This document shows positions 26,111 to 32,000 of a stretch of 32,000 bases of DNA, one piece after another. How positions within the stretch are numbered: the first letter of the stretch is position 1; each line of letters begins with the position of its first letter. Under the pieces are notes generated by a model, which did no database searches, was not told the DNA's origin, and saw nothing but the letters and a program-made list of their open reading frames with translations. Location: NCBI GenBank assembly GCA_965219535.1, contig CBDCNV010000001.1, positions 120,001 to 152,000 of the forward strand. Reading direction: 5' to 3'. Made by a program: the position numbers and the translations under genes. The stretch is from Opitutales bacterium. Lineage in GTDB: Bacteria; Verrucomicrobiota; Verrucomicrobiia; Opitutales; PNEW01.

Positions 26111-28039
26111 TTATGGCGTAGGACGAAAGCGAAAAGAATAGAGGTCCGCGTCTTTGCAAACAAAACGTAAACGGACGGGTTGTCCTGACAGTTTGCCAAG
26201 ACTGGAAGAATCCAACCAGTTTACCTTGCGCTCGATGGAGTCGCCGAATACAGCGTGACAATCCGCCAAAGTAAATCCTTCTATCGGTTTACCCGATTCA
26301 TTCTGTATTTCGACCTGAACGCCACCCGCTGCGGAGCTCGAGAAATTGATGACCATCTCGTCGCCATCGAAAACAAGCGGCTTGGTAACCAGTTCACCGC
26401 CGCTGAGAGGAGCGTTGACCGAAACGAATCCATCGATGCGCATCGTGTAGCGGCGGAGTTGACTGCTGGTGCCAGTCCAGTAACCTTCGGTTGCATAGAG
26501 CGACAACTCGTTCGGAGCGTCTTCATATTTAGATTTTGTTTCGACCAGTTGCCAGGCAATGAACTGGTTACCATAGGCCCAACTGTGCTTTCGCTCGATA
26601 CCCGGTCGCAGAAACGCATCATCCCATCGTTTGAAAGTATGTCCGTCTCGGCTGGTCATGAACAAGGCTTCGGTGACCGCAGTGCCGAAACGGGGTTCCA
26701 ACTTATCGTGACCTTCGTAAACAACAAGCTCTGGATCAGAGCCGGCTCGTTGAAGGCGCTCGGATAATTCCGGCAGCGCACGTGTTGAATCCGACCATCC
26801 ACGGTTGATATAGCGGGTAGGAAAGCCAATGAGAATATGCGGCGCTCGGTAATACGGTTTGATTTGGTTGGTGTATAAATGATCGGGCCGCGCGCCAGGG
26901 TATTTTAGACGGATGGGATCGACCCAGTTCACAAAGTCACTCGAGGTCATTGTCATAATATCGCGGCGATCATCCGGCCAGGAACGAAAGTAGAGGCGGT
27001 AAAGTCCATTGGCAGAATCCCAAAATGCCAGGTTTTGCGAATCGAAATAAATACTTTTTACGGTTGGTTCAAAGATCTTCATTTCGCTTTCTGAAATGAT
27101 CTTTTTGTCACTCATTGCTGTCCAATGAATGCCGTCAGCCGACTTGAATACCCTTAATCCTTCAAAATCACCGGACACACGAATAGCTTTGTAACGTGCA
27201 TCCGGTGGTGCTTCAGGGTTTGTGTCTTTAAACACCGCGGAATGTACGGCGTCGACAGCATTGAGTAAAATCGGACCTAACACCTTCCCGTTAGGACCTT
27301 GCATCTCTTTTACGGCAGTACCGTCCAAATCTTCAATAACCGGAGTGACGGGGGGAGCTGTAACAGTGATGATCGAAGTATCACTGTTAATATAAACTCC
27401 AGCTTTTGTTGTTATCTGGACCCAGAAGTTTGTGCTCTCATTTAGAGGGCCGGTATTCAAGGTGTTGCTGGTTGCACCTGCGATGGGCTTAGAAGTGTCA
27501 CCAGGTTTGCCGATATACCATTGATATTTCAGATCGTCACCTTTTACTTCAATGGAAATAACTACCGCGGTACCGGACTGCACTTCCCTGTCAGTCTGGT
27601 TGTCGGCCCACATGATATTATTTTTCTTTGATCCGTTGAAATCAATGAGTCCCAGTTCGGGTTTTCGCCAGTGAATACCGTCGTCACTTTCGGCGTAACA
27701 GTAGTATAGCGGGTGCGTCCAGTCGAGATTACCTTCGGTGGTAGTATACTGGCTCGCCTTGTAATACAAACGAAAGAGATCGCCATCTTTAAAGATACTG
27801 TGATAGTTAGTGGCATTGCCTTCCCAGGGTTCATCATGGACAATTGCCACATCCTGCGGAGTGGGATGGTGTAAAGTCTGCCGGGCCCCGCCGGACAACT
27901 CGTCGATCAGATAATCATCGACAAAAAGCTCCCAACGCGAACCAATGTCGATCGGCTCCTGAGAATGGTTGGAAATGTCAGCACAAGCGAGAAGGAGTAC
28001 TATTGATATTAAAATAAATACTGTTGATAATAATTTCAT
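26111..28039 (-). CDS. Lipoprotein with a putative beta-propeller glycoside-hydrolase-like fold and an inserted Ig-like domain
   Basis: Lipobox 'VLLLAC' (Cys19). 'YYCYAESDDGIHWRKPELGLIDFNGSKKNNIMW' and later 'SADGIHWT' resemble GH32/43/sialidase-like propeller proteins of PVC and Bacteroidota. An Ig-like segment 'KYQWYIGKPGDTSKPIAGATSNTLNTGPL' lies between them. The function is unverified. Confidence 0.6.
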   Translation of the reverse strand: MKLLSTVFILISIVLLLACADISNHSQEPIDIGSRWELFVDDYLIDELSGGARQTLHHPTPQDVAIVHDEPWEGNATNYHSIFKDGDLFRLYYKASQYTTTEGNLDWTHPLYYCYAESDDGIHWRKPELGLIDFNGSKKNNIMWADNQTDREVQSGTAVVISIEVKGDDLKYQWYIGKPGDTSKPIAGATSNTLNTGPLNESTNFWVQITTKAGVYINSDTSIITVTAPPVTPVIEDLDGTAVKEMQGPNGKVLGPILLNAVDAVHSAVFKDTNPEAPPDARYKAIRVSGDFEGLRVFKSADGIHWTAMSDKKIISESEMKIFEPTVKSIYFDSQNLAFWDSANGLYRLYFRSWPDDRRDIMTMTSSDFVNWVDPIRLKYPGARPDHLYTNQIKPYYRAPHILIGFPTRYINRGWSDSTRALPELSERLQRAGSDPELVVYEGHDKLEPRFGTAVTEALFMTSRDGHTFKRWDDAFLRPGIERKHSWAYGNQFIAWQLVETKSKYEDAPNELSLYATEGYWTGTSSQLRRYTMRIDGFVSVNAPLSGGELVTKPLVFDGDEMVINFSSSAAGGVQVEIQNESGKPIEGFTLADCHAVFGDSIERKVNWLDSSSLGKLSGQPVRLRFVCKDADLYSFRFRPTP

Positions 28040-28248
28040 AGCGGAGAATTTCGGTTACAGATTGTGTATTTGCAATTGTAATGAATAGCATAGATAGATA
28101 ATGAACTACCTGAGTGCAGCCAACCCTATCAAAACATCAAGAGAGAGCAAAAGAAAACATAGGGATTGTCATCTTTTCCTTTTCATTCACGCGATGCCAT
28201 GAACTCGGATTATCTGCCAAATTTTCGGATTCTTAGCCGCTCGGGTCG

Positions 28249-29247
28249 TCAAGCCCCGAAGCACTTCTCTACCCACTCCATCGGTTGGAACGGTTCCCCG
28301 AAAAGTGCTTGCATCAACTCGCCCCAAAGTCGTTCTGCGTTGTCGCTGTTGCCCATGAAGACCGCGCCGGTACGGGAATCGGGAAAACCGATAACGAACG
28401 ATCGTGTGCAAGGTCTTGCGCCCCACTGCCACACAGCGAGCTGGTCGTCGTCGCGATGGATGCCCCAGCCCAAACCCCAATGGATCGTGTCGTTGACCTG
28501 GATCTGCGGCGTGAACATCGCGCGATGCAGATCATCCGAAAGTCGAAGCGGATGGTCGCGAGGCTGTGTCAGCACGAAGCGCAGGAAGCGGGCATAATCC
28601 AGCGCGCTGCAGTGAAGACTAGCAGCGGCATTCATCTCGGGCAGAGTTGCCTTCGGCTTGGCTTTACCTTCCGCATCGTGCGGATGCGCAACGGACAGGT
28701 CCTCGTTCCCTGTCCACACGAACGTAGCACCTTGCATCTCAAGGGGTGTCATCACCTCCCGCGCGATATAGGCGTGCACCGGTTCGTCGACTAGCGCATC
28801 CACAACATGCTGCAGGTAAAGGAAGCCTTCGCCCGAATAGGAGAATTGGCGGCCGGGGTCAAAGTGCGTGCGCAGCACGTCTTCACCTCGCATGTTCGGA
28901 AATCCCGACGTGTGGCTCAGCACATGGCGGGTGGTGATCGCGTTGACGCGCTCGTCCTCCACGTAGTCGTTGTCGAGATATGCGCAAAGGGGTCGATCAA
29001 GGTTCAGAAGTTCCTCTTCGCAGAGCTTCAGGACGGCATACGCGAACACCTGCTTACTGAGCGAAGCCGCTTCGAAGACCGACGTCGATGTCACCGGTTC
29101 ATTCGTGTCGGTGCACAGCACGCCAAAGCCCTGGTTCCAGGCGATTTCACCGTCTACCACAACGCAAACACAGAGACCGGGCACCGTCTCGCGCGCCATC
29201 CACTCGGGGATGGCTTCAGCGAGAGAGTGAAAGTCAATGTTCATCAT
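28249..29247 (-). CDS. Serine hydrolase, beta-lactamase class C / esterase (EstB-like) family, cytoplasmic; GC-rich
   Basis: 'ASLSKQVFAYAV' is the S-x-x-K motif, 'YSGEGF' is a Y-x-N-like motif, and the C-terminal part has 'HWGLGWG'. There is no signal peptide. A hand-counted line (28861-28920) is 58% GC. Confidence 0.85.
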   Translation of the reverse strand: MMNIDFHSLAEAIPEWMARETVPGLCVCVVVDGEIAWNQGFGVLCTDTNEPVTSTSVFEAASLSKQVFAYAVLKLCEEELLNLDRPLCAYLDNDYVEDERVNAITTRHVLSHTSGFPNMRGEDVLRTHFDPGRQFSYSGEGFLYLQHVVDALVDEPVHAYIAREVMTPLEMQGATFVWTGNEDLSVAHPHDAEGKAKPKATLPEMNAAASLHCSALDYARFLRFVLTQPRDHPLRLSDDLHRAMFTPQIQVNDTIHWGLGWGIHRDDDQLAVWQWGARPCTRSFVIGFPDSRTGAVFMGNSDNAERLWGELMQALFGEPFQPMEWVEKCFGA

Positions 29248-29433
29248 TCAGATAAGAAATCGCTGTAGATTATACATCAACTGATTAAATTACTACAAAA
29301 CATAATTAAAACCGAATGCCGTATTTACCGTGAAAGTACCGGTTCGTTTTGCTAAACAAAATCCGCTCTCCTTTATATGCTGAACTCGATATTGAACATA
29401 AATTTTAATCTTTAACTAATTTATGAGAATGTT

Positions 29434-29460
29434 TTGAATGCACCGGTGAGAATTTATAAT
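29434..29460 (+). promoter_or_regulatory. Possible sigma70-type promoter for the tRNA-Lys gene
   Basis: 'ttgaat' (29434..29439), a 15-nt spacer, then 'tataat' (29455..29460), 48 nt upstream of the mature tRNA 5' end. The spacer is shorter than the 16-18 nt optimum. Confidence 0.3.
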
Positions 29461-29507
29461 GGTGTCACAATTCATCATTCATCATTCTTCATTCATCTTT
29501 TAATAGC

Positions 29508-29584
<77 letters not shown>

Positions 29585-29735
29585 TTCGGCTTCGCTCATG
29601 GCAGGCAATTCGACTCCGACCTGCTGGCCGTCGCTCATGGCAGGCAATTCGATTCGGCCATCTTGGCCTCATTCATGACAGGTCAATTTTCGAATCGGCT
29701 TTGCTTGCTTCACTCATGGCAGGTCATTTATTATT
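29585..29735 (+). repeat. Four tandem 38-41 bp repeats starting immediately after the tRNA 3' end
   Basis: Cores are 'tcgctcatggcaggcaattcga' at 29592 and 29631 (identical), 'tcattcatgacaggtcaattttcga' at 29669 and 'tcactcatggcaggtcattta' at 29710. A fifth partial core 'ggcaggtcattttcg' lies at ~30772..30786. Confidence 0.8.
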
Positions 29736-29755
29736 GATTACTTATGCATCCTACC

Positions 29756-29887
29756 ATGACGGAACACGAACACTATCTCTTTGATTTACGTGACTATATT
29801 GTTATCCCCAATGCATTGTCCCCAGAGCCGATGCCGATGATCGACAAGGAATGGCTCGCAGAGGAAGAACGAAAGCTGGGCAGCTAA
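29756..29887 (+). pseudogene. Truncated 5' duplicate of the PhyH-family gene at 30977 (43 codons, then stop)
   Basis: 55 of the first 62 nt from the ATG are identical to 30977..31038. 'MTEHEHYLFDLRDYIVIPNALSPE' aligns with 'MTEHERYLFDLRGYIVIPDALTPE'. The sequence diverges afterwards and stops at 29885..29887. Confidence 0.7.
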
Positions 29888-29911
29888 ACTCAGCGCAACC
29901 TGGAGAAGACG

Positions 29912-30757
29912 ATGAGTAGACTGACCGACGCACATATCGAGGAGCTCGACCGCGAGGGCTTTTTTATCGTCCCGGACTTTATCAGCGGTGACCAACTCAC
30001 AACCCTGCAGGCGGCACAGCGGCGAGCCCTGCCGACCTACGAGCAGGTCAAGGACGACCCCCCGCAGGACCAGGCCGGCCATAGCCTGCTGAAGTGTTTT
30101 CCGTACGAGGAGATCGAGCTCTACCGAGCAACGATGGACGAGGAGAGCATCGCCTTCGCCCGCAAATGGCTCAAGACGGACGACATTCACATGCGGGTGG
30201 GCTGCCTGATCGCCCGCTATCCCGGCCACACCAGCGGCGGCACGGGTTTCGACGATTCGGGCTTGCACATCGACAATGGCAACAACTCGCTTTTGCCCAA
30301 AAGCGAAGACCGGCGCGAATTCGGTCAGATCGGTTTCTGGGTTCACCTCGAGGAGGTGGAGGAAGACCAGGCGCCGCTGCGGCTAGTCCCCAAGCAGCAC
30401 GGCAGGGACATGACAAAATGCTTCCCGCTCGTGTGCAAGAGCGGCACCCTGTGCGTCTTCACCAACTACAGCTGGCACAGCGCCAGCGCCTACACCGGCC
30501 AAGACGGCCAGCGTTTCACCTGGGGTTATGGCTTCGGCCGCGCCGACCACTACTGGGAGGGCTTCAGGCACTATACCCACCTGGGCAAGGGCGCGGCGGT
30601 ATTCCAGGAGTTTATCGGTGGCCTGACCGCCGCCCAGCGCCAGCTCTGGCGCTTCCCCCCGGCGGGACACTCCTACTATACGGAACAGACCCTGGCGCTA
30701 TTGGAAGAACAGTACCCGGGTTGGGACTCGAACGAATACCGCCGGGCGATGCCATAG
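29912..30757 (+). CDS. PhyH-family Fe(II)/2-oxoglutarate dioxygenase, strongly GC-rich (probably acquired)
   Basis: RBS 'ggag' 8 nt upstream. 'REGFFIVPDFIS', 'LHIDNGNN' (H.D) and 'NYSWHSASAYTGQDGQR' (distal His block). A hand-counted line (30181-30240) is 70% GC, against 47% in the neighbouring paralogue. Long overlapping alternative-frame ORFs are consistent with this. Confidence 0.8.
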   Translation: MSRLTDAHIEELDREGFFIVPDFISGDQLTTLQAAQRRALPTYEQVKDDPPQDQAGHSLLKCFPYEEIELYRATMDEESIAFARKWLKTDDIHMRVGCLIARYPGHTSGGTGFDDSGLHIDNGNNSLLPKSEDRREFGQIGFWVHLEEVEEDQAPLRLVPKQHGRDMTKCFPLVCKSGTLCVFTNYSWHSASAYTGQDGQRFTWGYGFGRADHYWEGFRHYTHLGKGAAVFQEFIGGLTAAQRQLWRFPPAGHSYYTEQTLALLEEQYPGWDSNEYRRAMP

Positions 30758-30811
30758 CCGCCTCTGCCGGCAGGTCATTTTCGCTCTATAGAGCTAGGCA
30801 AGTTATTACTT

Positions 30812-30836
30812 GGCCACGACGACGCGTGGCCCTCCA
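30812..30836. repeat. REP-like hairpin 'E', short form
   Basis: 'ggccacg-acgacg-cgtggcc' followed by 'ctcca'. The same arms and tail occur at 31752..31817. Confidence 0.65.
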
Positions 30837-30976
30837 ACATGCACTTGTATCCTGCATCGTGCATCATAATCTCCTCAATCGATAATCCTTACCAAGGGCG
30901 AACCTCGACATCATCAAAATCGGTAATACCATACCTGATACGACACCACATTAATTGACTCCATAAACATCCTGTC

Positions 30977-31750
30977 ATGACTGAACACGAACGGTATCTC
31001 TTTGATTTACGCGGCTATATTGTTATCCCCGACGCATTAACCCCTGAACAGATTACAGATCTGAACGCTCTTATGGACGAACAGGTTGAAAAAGAATGTG
31101 AGCCGGATGAGAGATTGCACCGCTTTGTTCACCTTTTGCACTGGGGACAAGCTTGTCGCAGCCTGATCGACAACCCGGTTATCGTCCCGTATTTAGTCGA
31201 GCTGCTGGGCGAACAGTTTCGCCTCGACCATGATTACGCGGAGATAATCAGAACAGGTTCAGGGAATCTCCCGAGAACGTTTCATGGCGGTGCCCATCCC
31301 TTCAACCCCGTTATGTATTATAACTATCATTCGGGGAGCATGTATAATGGACTGACTGTCGTCGCTTTTAATTTAAAAGATATACACCCCGGTGACGGTG
31401 GATTTGGTTGTGTACCCGGAAGCCATAAAAGCAATCTTTCGTTTCCGGAGGATTGGCGCGATATTAATAAAGCTCCTTCAATTATCGAAAAGATCACGGG
31501 GCAGGCAGGGACTGCGATCATTTTCACTGAAGCGCTCACTCACGGGACATTACCCTGGCTCGGGAAAGATGACCGGCGGACAATATTTTATAAATACAGT
31601 CCACACACCCTCTCATGGGCAGCACAATATTATGATGCTGATGATTATACCGATTTGACGGAACGGCAACGGGAGATTCTCGAGGCGCCCAATGCACGCT
31701 ATAAGGAGAGGAAAGAGTTTTACCTGAACTATCCCAATAAAAAGCAATAG
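30977..31750 (+). CDS. PhyH-family Fe(II)/2-oxoglutarate dioxygenase
   Basis: 'YLFDLRGYIVIPDAL', 'GFGCVPGSHKSN' and 'IIFTEALTHGTLPW...RRTIFYKY' are typical PhyH-family blocks. 257 aa. Confidence 0.85.
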   Translation: MTEHERYLFDLRGYIVIPDALTPEQITDLNALMDEQVEKECEPDERLHRFVHLLHWGQACRSLIDNPVIVPYLVELLGEQFRLDHDYAEIIRTGSGNLPRTFHGGAHPFNPVMYYNYHSGSMYNGLTVVAFNLKDIHPGDGGFGCVPGSHKSNLSFPEDWRDINKAPSIIEKITGQAGTAIIFTEALTHGTLPWLGKDDRRTIFYKYSPHTLSWAAQYYDADDYTDLTERQREILEAPNARYKERKEFYLNYPNKKQ

Positions 31751-31751
31751 C

Positions 31752-31817
31752 GGCCACGATCAGCCGTCGTCCCGCGGACGCGGGACTATGTCCGACAGGC
31801 AAAGGCGTGGCCCTCCA
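31752..31817. repeat. REP-like hairpin 'E', long form with a nested inner hairpin; possible terminator of the 30977..31750 gene
   Basis: 'ggccacg' + 45-nt insert + 'cgtggcc' + 'ctcca'. The insert contains 'gtcccgc-ggac-gcgggac' (31769..31786, 7-bp stem). The element starts 2 nt after the stop codon and has no U-tract. Confidence 0.55.
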
Positions 31818-32000
31818 GAAAAGAAATGATGTAAATTCATGCGTTGACTGGTAAATAAATAAGTTTAAGGGAATATATGAGAAATTTCTTTTGAAATCGT
31901 TGAACAATTTTTATGGATTAGCGACGGAAGGTGAATGCATGACTGTTCGGCAAAGAAAAAAAACTGAAAAATCTACGTTTTTCGTTGAACTCATCAAGCC

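Noticed and set aside
29592-29700. Repeat units as tRNA-derived fragments ('aattcgactcc' and 'aattcgattcgg' resemble a T-loop, and 'ctcatgg' resembles a CAU anticodon loop)
   Set aside because: The spacing between the anticodon-like and T-loop-like strings is ~7 nt, whereas a tRNA needs ~15 nt. No acceptor or T-stem pairing can be drawn.
29585-29735. Possible CRISPR array
   Set aside because: The period is only 38-41 bp in total, made of a ~22-nt core plus ~17 nt that is itself partly conserved. The cores degenerate quickly, there are only four units, and there are no cas genes. This does not match repeat-spacer architecture.
29786-30885. 186-aa minus-strand ORF (29786..30346) and 263-aa plus-strand off-frame ORF (30094..30885) overlapping the GC-rich PhyH gene
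   Set aside because: The products are Arg/Pro/Gly/Ala-rich off-frame translations of ~70% GC DNA. The frame 29912..30757 carries the PhyH motifs and an RBS.
31939-32000. Possible start of a plus-strand CDS ('MTVRQRKKTEKSTFFVELIK...') running off the window
   Set aside because: Only 20 codons are visible, I recognise no motif, and the RBS is weak ('ggaagg'). It cannot be supported from this window.

Overview
This 32-kb window has a mosaic base composition. Most of it is mid-GC, about 47% in a 60-nt line I hand-counted. There are AT-rich, gene-poor stretches at 17.3-18.4 kb and 20.5-21.0 kb. Three single genes are clearly GC-rich (58-70% in hand-counted lines): 6056-8110, 28249-29247 and 29912-30757.

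The gene content looks like a marine polysaccharide-degrading heterotroph of the PVC type (Verrucomicrobiota, Planctomycetota or Lentisphaerota-like). This taxonomic guess is inference only. The genes include a sulfatase, a UxuA-like dehydratase, a GH31 hydrolase, three PhyH-family dioxygenases plus one fragment, a PEP-CTERM protein, a Sel1-repeat protein, an RCC1-repeat protein, a transketolase-like enzyme, a PHP phosphoesterase, a class-C-like serine hydrolase and an APH-like kinase. There is one tRNA-Lys(CUU). I saw no rRNA, CRISPR array, integrase, transposase or recognisable defence gene.

Four observations stand out:
1. Two otherwise unrelated large secreted proteins end in the same 275-aa C-terminal module, about 60% identical without gaps, with an invariant '...DEITIE' terminus. 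A 21-codon orphan relic of a third copy lies next to one of them. I cannot assign this module to a named family; it may be an undescribed surface-anchoring or export module.
2. Two GC-rich single-gene cargos each sit between direct duplications of local sequence. This resembles Campbell-type single-crossover insertion, and no recombinase gene is present.
3. An array of four 38-41 bp tandem repeats starts right after the tRNA-Lys gene.
4. The intergenic regions hold several families of palindromic, MITE- or REP-like repeats. Several occur in a short form and a long form that carries an insertion in the loop.
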